From positions 1-64,000 of the forward strand of contig NOWV01000144.1 of the NCBI GenBank assembly GCA_003344405.1: a stretch of DNA of 64,000 nucleotides. Direction: 5' to 3'. This document shows, in pieces, positions 1-12,600 of this stretch; the stretch's first letter is position 1; each line of letters begins with the position of its first letter. The stretch comes from Trichoplax sp. H2. Lineage: Eukaryota. Below the pieces are notes generated by a model. The model was not told where the DNA came from. It did not search any database and saw nothing but the letters and a program-made list of their open reading frames with translations. The position numbers were made by a program, and so were the translations under genes.

Positions 1-527
1 TACGCTTCCAGTCTTGCGATATAGCGAAATGATCTGCAAAATAGTCAACCTGCGTATTTCAATGAAAATCATGGACAATCCATCTCTCTTTCTTTTCAGC
101 AGTTCCTGCTAAAAGAAAGAGTTCTGAGGTCCCTGTAGTGACTGCTTTTACATTTACTTGCTGTTACGATTTCTTTTATTTAAGATTTAGTATAACACAC
201 AGTAGGAAGAGTTTAGCAGAGCTTGTGTACTAAACTAAACTTTATTATCCATATTATTACCGTTATAAGCAGAGAACAATGAAAATAACGTTCTATAACG
301 GGCATTGTATCACATCCATCAAATAGACAGCTAATTTCTGACGTCCATCCTAAAATAGAAAGGTGTTCTTGTGATTGTGTTATCTAAATCCTAATCTTAA
401 AGATTGCAGTTTATTTTTAAGTGAAAATAGGAGAGTGTATGGTGGTTTACAAACAATCCTATACATGACACAAATCAGTCATCCCATTAAGCATATTAAA
501 TCAAGTACGAAAAAGTACAGTACTGGC

Positions 528-695
528 TAACACCTGCATGCTTAGTCAGAAAGATTGTGCATATTGATTGACTAAAAACTCCAGTCTAGGAACCATTTGG
601 AGGTCCCTTAATCTCTTAACACCTGCATACTTATTCAGAAAGATTATGCATATTGATTGACTAAAAACTCCAGTCTAGGAATCATTTGGAGGTCC
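528..695. repeat. Direct duplication, period 89 bp (two ~79-bp copies: 528-606 and 617-695) upstream of the SH3BGRL3-like gene
   Basis: taacacctgcat...gaaagatt(g/a)tgcatattgattgactaaaaactccagtctagga(ac/at)catttggaggtcc occurs twice with a few substitutions. Confidence 0.9.
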
Positions 696-1065
696 GTTGT
701 TGATAAAGGAAAATCGATTGGAGAATGATCGCGCAAGACATGATCAAGGTCCGGACGCACAGCGCATGTCCGCAATTCAGTCCCTGGGGAGCTGGAGTCA
801 CAAGACCAAGGGTGTAGTCCCGTTGGTGAGTCTAGTCACAGTGGTGTTTCGGACAGTAAAGCAAATACAGCTTCAAGTTGAAAGGGTGTTGCTGATACGT
901 ATCATTTCGGCTAGTCATTCACTATGCAAAATGGATTGTTTATCCTCTGCAACTTGGGCCAGGAAAAAGCAAACTATTGCCCTACTAGATATGCAGTTGG
1001 GCAGCCGGTAAAGTTTATTTGGTGTTGATTCTCCAAGAGGTAAACTGCGGCATAGAAGATCCAAA

Positions 1066-2834
1066 ATGACAGTTACTTACTACTGTTCATCTGTTTCCAG
1101 TAATTTGCAGGTAAGGATGAGCTATCAACAGCTTTAGCTAGCTGATTGTATATGTTGATTGAGTGTATGGTCATAATCTATCCAATTGGGCTAGATTCTA
1201 ATTCATCAATGATCGATGGATAAGCCCTTTTCCATGTCCAGCTGCTAAAATGGGGCCTGGTCTCCACTCAATCTCTTTTTTTGAATATCATCCGGTGACA
1301 ATTACAATTAGGAATGATATAGATCACTTACTGGCTACGATAGTGTTAACATCAATCAGTTGAAGAGAACTACAAATAGAAATAATATCATTTGTTGTTG
1401 GTGTACAACGGGATCGGCTGATTGCCCTTAATTTAGATCATTTTCATAATGAACTATCAGTCCAACGACAAGACTATTTTAGGATGAACTACCAAGCTCA
1501 TCAAGAAACTTTCTCTACAATGGCGTATACGCTAGCTGTATTTTAAAGAGTCTGATAGTGGATCTCACTTCCCTTATCCTATCGGTAAGAAGAAGAGTCC
1601 CCCCCCAAAAACTTGTTCCATTAAACGAGTGGACAGCATTTCTTTTCTATGGCTTATGGTTCACTTTCGATAGTGCATCGGACTAACCACAACAGATTTG
1701 ACTCACCTTTCAGTCCAGCAGTCTAACATCACTGTCTATTTGTCGACAAATCTGAATTGATATTACAATCTCACAACGAAGTACAACTTAGAACCATAGC
1801 ATTCAAGATGAAAGGACAGTATAAGTATACAGTACGTATTCCTAGAAGAATATCGACAATGCTTGCTGCCAACCAACAATCTTTTGAAGTTAGAGGATAG
1901 AGCACGGTAGTGTCAATTGTTTTCAACGAGCGAAATGGATACTGACTAATTATTGGCTAACCACAATCGAGTTAAATGCCCTGGATGCATAATCCTCATA
2001 CTGTATACCGACTAGATACATAATGCATGCAAAACTCTCGTGCAAAGTATTTAATTTTTTACACATGGATTAAACGGTATCTTTATAGCATTCGCTATGA
2101 TTGGGGAGTTGTGATCGAGTCGTAGTTTACTAGACAAGTTAGTGTTAATACTGTATACGAGAAGAATTGATCATCATTGATGGTAATAAACAAGTATTGA
2201 AATTTGAGACTTTCTATCCTTTTTCTCCTTGAATTTGGAAGGCTGAATTGCTCAAAAAATTGATCTTTATGCAACAATATCTATCTAACCCTATTAGATG
2301 AAAAAGGCACAGCAGCAAATTGAAATGATACTAGATTCTAAAAAGATCCAGTATGAAAAAATTGATATTGCAACCAGTGAAGACATGAAGAAAAAAATGC
2401 GCGAAATGAGCGGCGACCCTAAAGCGCTACCCCCTCAACTTTTCAATAATAGCACCTACTGTGGGGTAAGAAAGTGAACTAGAATTGAAGAAATGCTCAT
2501 CTTAATTGTACGAGTATCTCTACACTATAAAAATAGTGATGATGTCCAAGTAGAATGATATTCTATTTTACAAATGGTATAACTAGAATTGAGTGGACCT
2601 TTGATCTCTGCAGTAGTTTAGAGTAACAGACTATACTGTGCGAAGGAGAAGCATGCTACTAAAATATCGCTCGTTTAATTAGTTTAGATCAATCTTACTG
2701 ATAGAATTCATGATAATATAACTTCAGTTTAGAGTGATTCGTACTCATTGCATCATTGTTACTTTTCTTAGGGCTATACAGAATTTATGGAGGCCGTTGA
2801 AGACGAGAATTTAAACGGCTTTCTTAAATTATAA
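1066..2834 (+). CDS. SH3BGRL3: SH3 domain-binding glutamic acid-rich-like protein (SH3BGR family, glutaredoxin/thioredoxin-like fold), 91 aa, 3 exons
   Basis: Exons 1066-1110, 2298-2465, 2772-2834 joined by GT-AG phase-0 introns give MTVTYYCSSVSSNLQMKKAQQQIEMILDSKKIQYEKIDIATSEDMKKKMREMSGDPKALPPQLFNNSTYCGGYTEFMEAVEDENLNGFLKL*. This matches the family signature (ILD-K-IQY--DI...MR...G-PKA-PPQ-FN---YCG-Y--F-EAVE...FLKL). AATAAA at 3031-3036. The exact paralog within the family is uncertain. Confidence 0.92.
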
Positions 2835-5800
2835 CTTTGGAAACTGTCATTGCGTGGACCTGTAACCAGTGAAAAAGAACTTTTCCCAATTATTCGTCTA
2901 CTAAAGCAATGATTGGCTTATGAGCAAATCTTAGAAACAAGTTGTTATACTTTTTATTACGTAGTTCTGTCTGCTTGTCTTTTCTACTTGTCTCTCTGCT
3001 TGTGTTCTAGCACCGTAAAATGTTGACGTTAATAAAAATTTTTTAGTTTTGTTAAAATCGCTTATGACTACTTTCCAAAACTATTCAACACCAATGTACT
3101 CAACAATATCTACAGATATTTTTAAGGATATGAACATGTCAACAGTATAACAAGATATGGCATTCATGTGCTAGTAGCAAAATCTACTATCTAGCTAAGA
3201 TATTTCAAATAGCTCATATTCTTTACTAGATATTGCATTGGAAGCATACAGCGAATCAAAAGAAATCTTCAATCAACCTATTCCATTTCATTTTTAGCCT
3301 TGTATATCGCACTCGACATAATCATATCTACTTAGCGTTAATATTTTCCTGTTGCTATGAAGTTAGAAACGTAATATCTATAGACTATAGAACTTGCAAT
3401 GCAACAAAGGCAAACTGTACTGCTACTTCAACTTGAGTAACAAACAGTGCAACATCAGTAAAAGACAGACACGGGAGTCTTCTCCAAAACTCTCTTAATT
3501 GTGAACAGTTACCAGCTTATCTATCTTTCACTTTAGTCGCGGCCAACTACAAGAGTGCATACTTGCAATTGAACATTAAACAGCTGTGTCAGTATTTGTA
3601 TAATCTTAGATTCAAAGAGTTACAACTTGATACTTTTAAAGCATGTAACATAAGGTTAATTACAATAGAATCACGATCTGACCTTCCTGCTCTCTTACAG
3701 TTAAGTCCCGAATCAGTTCACTTGCCCTTCTCCCTATAATGAATAGTTTTATAATTTTAAATTTTATTAGTAACCTAACTCACCCCATATATATATATAT
3801 TCATTATTATTATATACGGTAGTACGATTACACATAACACATATCCATCGACTATTTTCTAGAATTTTGCTGGATTCTACAGTTAAGGCATTGAACTAAT
3901 AACTAGAAAAACACAAACAGTGCAATAATAGTAAATAACGCCCCATCACAATATAGCTTTGGTGATCGGACTTAAACTAGTCTATCCATTCGACTTAATC
4001 TCCAACTAACTTCGGAGATATTCTCTATAAGGAAATTAACCTATTCCAATATAGAGAATTCAGTCAAATGATAGATTATTTTCTAAGCATCTATCATTTC
4101 ACCTAATGTCTAGAAACAATCCTCCTCAGAAGCTTGTAAAGTTCGATTTATACTACACAAAGTTGACGATAGCATGCTAAAACATAATTATCTGAAAATG
4201 ATTCTTACGACATTTGCATCAACATATGGCCGCAATCTGGATGAAAATGTTCGCGACAAAAAACAAAAACTAGACATTTGCCAGGCTGCAGTGATGCAGT
4301 CTACAAACGTTACTTATAAAATTGCAGCACGTCTATTTATTACGCTTAAAGGCGCTATCACTACTATTTTACCATGGATAAATTTCATCGAGATAGTAAG
4401 ATAGGAAGCATAGCTTATTGAGGAGATGATATGAATAACAAGTTCTATGGTATGCTCTTATCATTATGTAAAGTCTTTCTATTTATTATATATATTGAAT
4501 ACTATGTCAGTTTATCGTCATAAATACATAAACTTTCCAAAAGCATTCATATAAGAATCTTATTTTAGCCCTTTTCTCTCCTTCCGGCTCTTTTCCATTC
4601 CATCAATAATATCTTACTAAATCCTTTATTGCCTCAAGATATTACTTCGATTCCCTTGTTAATCGAGGATATATCATTTTCAACAGCATGCTAGTATAAA
4701 ATTTGTAAATTAGCTCCAATGTTCATTCGCAAAGTAGGACCATACCATTCATTATACGACATTTTTAAAAGCTAATCTTAAACTCGTAAGAAGCCCAAAG
4801 TAGTGCTGATGCAAGTAACTTTATACATAAAACCACACTGCGCGTTGGCTTCAGAACATTAAACTACGAAGGAGTTTTAGACGCACTAGCAAAAATACTC
4901 CTTACCCTAACGGATCTGGCTCACGGTAATAATAAGACTGTAATATACTCGTATACGACAGAATTCATCACTACTCTGGTAGCAATTATAATTTTGATTT
5001 AATTACAACTGATAGTCTTGGATAACGCATAGGCATGATACTGTATGAAGTATCACGGCACTTCACTGAAAATTTTTGACATGACCATATTCATATCGGA
5101 AGATGTATTTCAAGTATTTTAAAGGTGGAGTTATGCCAAGTTTTCCCTTCATTCCAAGCTGAGCAGTGTTTCTTCGTTGTTTTCGACACCAAGTATTTTG
5201 CTGCCTACATTTTCCATGAATCTCCAATGCGGGTGGGTGGGATCAGCCAAAAATATTGTCAACTTTTTTACAGCATGCATAATAAGGAAACCAGTCGGGT
5301 TGCAATTGTAAACTACCTTTATTACTTAAAGTGACTACTAGTCTATCTTCATAATTTACTGCTTCATTTTTATATTACATACATCGTACCTCTAGCATTT
5401 GGATCAATTTTTCAATGTTAAAAGCATTTTAAGTTACATATAGCCCACAATGAAGTAATAAAGGAAGTTTATGGTAGTCAAGAATCTGGTAAACTATTAC
5501 GAGGCATATGGAAAAATAACAGAATTCCTTCGACTTTATAATGTTTTACCACCAAAGAGCTTTATTTCCTCAATTTTTCTCTATCACTCAAACTCCTGAA
5601 TATACAGTAATAGACTAATTCAGTAATCGCAAAATAGAATATAAAATTTGTTATACTCCTCTAGGTTTATAGCTTTAATTATTAATAATTAATCAAATCT
5701 TATTTCACAACATTTATATTTTAAAGGCGTATCCGTTTACTCCAAGTGCTCTTCTCTTATTCATAGTTTAGCACCGTTGCTATTTGATCACTAGTGGATA

Positions 5801-8800
5801 AACCCGACCGCCAAGATAGAAACTTGTTTACTTAAAAAGCAGTCGTCTTTGAAAATTAACAGCAAGCCATCAGCAATTAGCGTCGCTAAGGAGGTGCAAA
5901 AGCTTCCCTTAAACTGATAAAGACGTCATATCCTGTGTATATGAAAAGAAACAACATGTGAATAATTAGCCCGCTGATAAGTAAAAAAATTAATGCTGCG
6001 TTCGCAAATAAAGGCTGATCCATTGAATCCGCCGCAAGTTACGTCTTTCCTAACAGAAAGTAAACTTGAATGCTTGCCCTATTGTTTTCTATTCCTTTAA
6101 TAAAAAAAGAATGAAATGATTATAAGATAATTAATTGAACGGATCTACGGCATATCTTAGCTTCGTTATGCTATCATATAACGATAACTCGCGCTTCTTT
6201 GACTGGAAAGAAAGCCGGTCCCCACGTTAGCAGAACTTAAGATCCTTCCAAATATCGCAATTTTTATTTACTTTAACTAAACATTAGAAATTGTATTAAA
6301 GTAAATATGCATAGCGAGGGATAGTATGATTATTTTACGCTATTTTCTAAGAGCCAAATTAAGAAAAGTAGCACTATACATAGGACAGTAATAATTATTC
6401 TCGATTTATTTATAGTAGCCCTCTGATGAATAATCTTATTCGAAGCTTGCAATAAGCTAATTTCCTACGCGAAATAGCAGTATAATCTTTGTGTCATTGT
6501 TGTAATTTGGCATTATTTATAGTATAGTTTGTATACTCTAACTTAGTACCTTTACGAATATGCAAGGATATCATCCTGCTGTACAACATAAGATAGGATA
6601 ACTGCATTGGTACTTGTTATCATATGAGAACTACAGTATATCCAGTCAGGTTATCTGACTTATCTGTAACCAACCAGTAGCCGAAAGACATCATACTTAT
6701 AAGTGTGCACATCGTGCAATCAGTCATTCAAGGATTCTAGTGTCAAGAGATACTCTCTAAGTAGCTAAGTTCTTAAGATATCGATTGTAGAGAACATCAG
6801 CGGTATATAACCTCTTACATTGCTAAGAGTAATTCTAATTCTATTTGGATAGAAGTTAATAAACGTAATTTGTAAAGATTACACAAGTAGTACTCCATCG
6901 CTGAGTCTTCATCAGAGTACCTCGAAGTCAAGTTACATACACATAGATTCATCAAAGGCTACATTTACAACAGTCATTATGATTTTTATTAGATTTAATA
7001 TCAACTCATTGCATGTATACGAGTAAATGCTACTTAAAGAGAACAATTATAGAATTAATTTGACCATGAAAATGTTATGCAAATTAAGAAAAGGAAAATC
7101 ATTCTTAAATATGAAAGTGATAATAACAGCGATGATATCTGTTGGTATCAAAAGTAGACATGAAGAGTTTCAATAAGTAATTGTAAAAACCCCATCATGA
7201 CATTTTGATCGTAAAGCAAACCATACAATAATATATTAAACATTAAATGTATTGGTGAGAAAGTTAGTAACAACAGTGGTAACAAAGAATGGCAAGTATG
7301 TTGAAAAAGATACTAAAATTAATATTAGATTGAAATCAATGTCATTCATAGATGATAGATTGATATTACATGCGAGTATATATATATTTATATACACATA
7401 AGAAGAAAGATAGACGATTGATCGAAATCAACCCTTTGCATTTGCGTTTGCAATTAAATGAGAAGTTTCCACCCACATCAAATTTTACTCTTAGTTTCGT
7501 AAGCAGTTATTTATTGATTAGCCTACTGTATATATACCTAGATATTATCATACTTTTATGAAAAAAATTATTTGTTGTATTTTATCTGAACATGAATATA
7601 CAAATCCAGTTCTTCTGTTGAAGAAATTATACAACAAGTCACAATTTCATTATCTTTCAATCTTAGATAGTTATTGTAGTAGCTGTAACAGTATATAGAA
7701 ACAGTAGCAATGATGGGTTGAGTAATATTTCAATTACAAGTTAGAGTTTTATTCATTAATTAATATTACTATCGTTAATAACTTTCATTATTGATATAGA
7801 AATATTACGGTAATATCACTGTTAAGTCTGAAGACTTGTTACTGTAAAAATATTGCTTTTCGTCAAGTTAATGACACCAAATCTAATTAAAAGTTAAATA
7901 TTTATTGAATATTGATAACGATGTAAAACAATTACAGCCCTGGTTCATCATCTGGCACATACGTATAGTTAAAAATATATATAGATATATATACATTACA
8001 GTAATTGAAACTGACAGAACCATTCAATTAAATGGTCGTATCTTTATTATAAGGCTTGCTAATAGTACTCAAATAAACGCTATTTATTTAGCTGTAGGAC
8101 AGTTTGTTTTTTTTGTCATTATGTTTACATATACCTTATATTGATCAAGCGTTGATTCCATATGAGCATTAATCGTAGTAAAATCAATTACGTTCGAAAG
8201 GTTTAAAATCAAGGAATTGCTATTCATCGACAATTGTAATGATCACAGCATTTTCGGTTACTGGATTTGCCAAAGTTGCAATGTAAGGCTTCAGTTGGAG
8301 ACCAGAGAATTCATATAATAGTATAATCGTTGTTTTTTCACTCTTGCTCTTTGGTTTATCAGCACACTTTCAAAGACAAATTTGACGAATGCTAATTATT
8401 AGCAATTAGTCAATTAAGCATTTAATGAGACCATCTAAAAGTACTCTTAAACACGATATCATCTGGTTCTTGCGGTACTCTTCTTGAATCGTAATAATCT
8501 TATGAAAGCTTGCAATTATGTGTGCTGTTGAAGGTAAGATTGACAATTTTTTTCTTCGTTAATTCGCCCAATTTAAATTTCCAATTATAATTCAAGTTCA
8601 GCAACCAGCTAGCCGTCATGACAGTGACAAACATTCCTTGGCATTGCCTCAAATACCAGTCGTACTGCTTGTTACATGATAACAACTACGCTTTTCAATA
8701 CATCGATGAATACAATATCGATGAAATGCAAATATAGTTAATTATACTATAATAGAATTTATAAGGTAATTTCAGAGCCAGCAGTTTATGAATCCGAATA

Positions 8801-9545
8801 CCAACTTCAATTAAAATTGATTAATTTAAAACCCCAATAAAAGCGTATTTTGATATATAGTACAGAGAAAAGCATAAAAAAATTAACCGGTAGATATAAA
8901 TCGAAAGAATAAAAAAATAAGTAAAAATATGAAATGGTAGATTTTATCTTTGGAAAATATTATTAATGACTGAACGGATGGAATTAAGTAATAAATGAAC
9001 AATAGCAACGCAACGGATTACAGCAAGCATAAAAATCTAGACGTTATCAGTGACTAGTAATTATTATTTTAAAATTTATAATATATCCAAAATTATTTTA
9101 CATAGCGATTAATAAAGTTGGCGTAGTTAATCAATTATTAAAGTTAATTGTAGGCGGTCAATTGGTACGATGATTAAGTTTTCCTTTGAAGTAATCATTT
9201 GGATATCATGAAATAGTAGCAAGAAGTTGGTTCAACGCATCTTGATAAATACTAATCATTATCATCATTAACATTATCAATCTACGTCTACATAAATGTT
9301 TTTACTGGTAATCCTTTTTTTCAAGAAATATCCAATCTACCATAAAATGACCGGCACTAGGTGAGTAACAATAATCCTTTTTCTAGTGTATTATTTGAAA
9401 AAACCATATCAACTGCAAATTATATCTAATATACACTGAACGCGTGTTAACCGTGTTACTATTCTCGTTAGAATGTGTAAAGATTTAGCGATGCAGTAGC
9501 GTTACTACTTTTACTTCCTTATCGACCATTTACAATTAGTTGCAA

Positions 9546-9670
9546 TATTATTATAATAATATTATTAATATTCTTATTATAATTATTATTATTATTATTA
9601 TTATCATTGCTAATAATATTATTATTATTAATAATGATGTTCATTAGTAATATTAGAATTATTTATTGAT
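9546..9670. repeat. Low-complexity (ATT/AAT)n tract just downstream of the LRR gene stop codon (probable 3' UTR)
   Basis: Nearly pure A/T run: attattattataataatattattaata...attattattattatta. Confidence 0.85.
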
Positions 9671-9695
9671 TGCTTCTATAATTATAAATGGCATT

Positions 9696-12600
9696 TTAGA
9701 CCACAGTATCTGAATTTTCACTTAACCTGTCACGACTAGCTGTTAAATTTGTTTTACTCCTTGAATGGTTATGCTGGCGATTATGCTTATCTACTCGTAG
9801 AAGAGTTAATTTTTTCATTTCAGTATCATTTGATGTTTGACTTAGTCTGTCATGGCTAGCGGTTAGGCTTGTCCTACTTGTACTCATATTATGACGACCT
9901 TGTGATGCCAAATGTGAGTAATTTGGAATTGCTTCATGACTATCATCATCATCATCGGCAAATGTTGCATTCTTCTTTGCTCTCGCTCTGATTAAACGAT
10001 CATGGGTTTGGGTTGATGGAGGATTATGTTTACAATTTTTTCTATCAATATAACGACTATCGTCATCGTCCGATACCTCCTTATAGTTTCCTCTTGTTCT
10101 GGCAACATAACTACCGTCATCATCTGAAACGGAATCACGTTTTCCCCTTATCCTATCCATGCTCATATGCCCATAATCCAAGTTGGGATTATACTTTCCT
10201 CTTGCTCTATTGATGCGATTACCTTCATCGTCCGATAAAAACTTGCCATTTTCTCGTCGATTATCGTCATAATCGTAGTCATCATCCAAGTTACGATTGT
10301 GCCTTCCTTTACTTCGATTGTTACGCGGGTTACTATCATCTGCAATATAGCGACGCTCTCCTCTCGCAGGTCTTCCAATATGCTTACTTTTATCGTCTGA
10401 TGTAGGACTGCGCTTTCCTTTCGTTCTCTCATTATAACCGCTATTAATATCTGCATTACGTTTACCGTTTTGAGTCTCAGCATGGCCATTACCGCTACTA
10501 GACGGCCTTGCTTCACTAACACGATCATTTTCATCATCGGATGTTGGATTATACTTTCCCCTTCTCAAAGTGTAGTTTTCAACGTCTACGGTTAGATTGC
10601 GGTTTCCTTTTTTTCTATCGGCATTTCCCTTAGGCTCACTATTACTGTTTGACCCATTCTTATGGTTGTGTGCGTTTTGTGACCTTGCAGCCTTGTCGCC
10701 GTGGTGATAATTATGATTGCCGTTCATCAATCTGACATTACTGCGAGATGAAATGCTACCATCGACAGATGTCGTGGTGAACCCTGAATCTATACTGTCA
10801 TGCAATGGTTTCTTGTTAGCATTATGAGTTAGTCCAGCCGATGAACCGGTCGAAACAGTTAAATGTCCACCACCTCCTAGCTCAGTATCGCTACTAAGGT
10901 GGCCTTCTTCCGGATTGCGAGTCTCTTGTCCTTTTTGAAGATTCCTCCTATTATATTTTTAAATTCGATCAGTAAAACAATCACTTTCTTTACTATTATA
11001 ATATTCATCATCAAATAGTAATATTCTTCATTAATATTTTTTCTTTTAACAGTTCAAATTACAGTAACACACGTATCATAGGAATAACAGAAGCACATGC
11101 TTCTAAGGTGGCATTATTGATGATTGTTTAATAAATCTGTTACCCAATTACCTCTTATATATGTAGTAGATGATTATGCAAACCAAGCATATCAGTATAA
11201 CTCCTCCAGCTGCCGATCCAGCGGCGATTTTGGGAAGATCGTCTATTAGAAAGAAATAATAACGTAAATTGATACATTGGCTTTACTAATCTCATTCTCT
11301 TACTTTCATTCGATCTGTTTTAACTCTTATACTCTACCTTGCTGTCTTCCAGGTGTCATACTTCCTGTCCTTGATGGTAGAGTAGTTGCTCTGCTAGTTT
11401 GTGTTGCCTTTGTAGCTGCAAGCGTTGATCTTGTTTCAACTGGTGGTCTAGATGTAATTTTATTGCCGGCAGTAGACGGAGCAGCTGAACTTGTTGCTGG
11501 GGGAGTTCCAGAAGACGATATCTGACCGTTAGGTGTCGTCGAGGCTATTGTTACTCTAGTTGTCGGAGGCTGCGTCGATGTTATTGGCATCGGTGGAGTG
11601 GTTGTAGATTGTTCTAAAATTTTAATTGATAATTTTACTTCAAACTTAGTTACAATTTCGATGATAAATAGACAAGTCAAAATATCATAGGATGCAGTCA
11701 AATTTTGAACAAGTTATGTATTTAGGAGGCAGACATGTGCTTCCAGGAATACGCAAATATTGTTACTATTCGTAGTTAACATCAGTAAAATTGAAATAAT
11801 TCTCATGGCAATAATGTATTTATGCTCTTCAATGACTGAATTAATAAGCTTGATGGATATAGTGCTCGAGTTCACTTTAACATACCACAAATCATATTAT
11901 TCGATGCAATTCCTAGTAAGCTTCGACCAGCCAACAAGCTTGGTCTCGTACACTGGATTTGCTTCTGATGATAGACAGCAATGTTTCTTTGTGACGCTGA
12001 AGCTAGCCATATTTTCAACCAAATTAAATTGCAATCACAATAGAAGGGATTATTGTTAATTTTCCTGGTAAAGAAATATTAGTAATGGATGATTAAAATT
12101 AACCAAATTTTGTCTCTTATCTATTTCGGAGCTAATCTCTCGGTAAGAGTGCAGTTCAATATCTATTTTAATTTGATTCATAACTCTTATACTTACAGAA
12201 AGTTCAAACTCGTCATATTGCTAAAAATATTATCTTTGAGTGATCCAATTTTATTATGCGAAAAGTCCCTATCCAAAAATCACAGAAATTTACAATGTCC
12301 ATTAACGTTACGTTTTCATGATAATTATATAATTAAATTAAATGACTCTAAAAACTAAACTAAACAAGAGATAAACAAAAATATTATGGAGTCAAAAATT
12401 AACTTACAGAGAGCTGACTCTGGATAAATTGCCAAAGATTCCATAAGGCAATTCGCTAATTTCATTGCTGAAGATATCACTAAAGAAATACATATTTTAA
12501 TATTTCGAATTTTTAGTACTAATTCATTTTATATCTTATACGGTGTTCCAAGAATTGAACTGTAGGCAATTGCAGGCGATACTTACAGCTGAAATAAACT

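Noticed and set aside
697-1011. 104-aa ORF upstream of SH3BGRL3
   Set aside because: Starts at TTG, has no recognisable motif and lies in the GC-richer promoter/5' UTR, where stop codons are rarer
3430-5340. Possible small spliced minus-strand gene (exon-like pieces near 3664-3733, 4640-4690 and 4906-4938)
   Set aside because: Splice-like boundaries exist, but I could not assemble a consistent ORF or recognise a product
10013-10560. GKR/RGK motifs in the LRR tail as neuropeptide amidation/cleavage sites; overlapping ORFs 10013-10213 and 10163-10537
   Set aside because: The segment lies C-terminal to the TM helix and is cytoplasmic, so it is not exposed to convertases; the extra ORFs are alternative-frame shadows of the real exon
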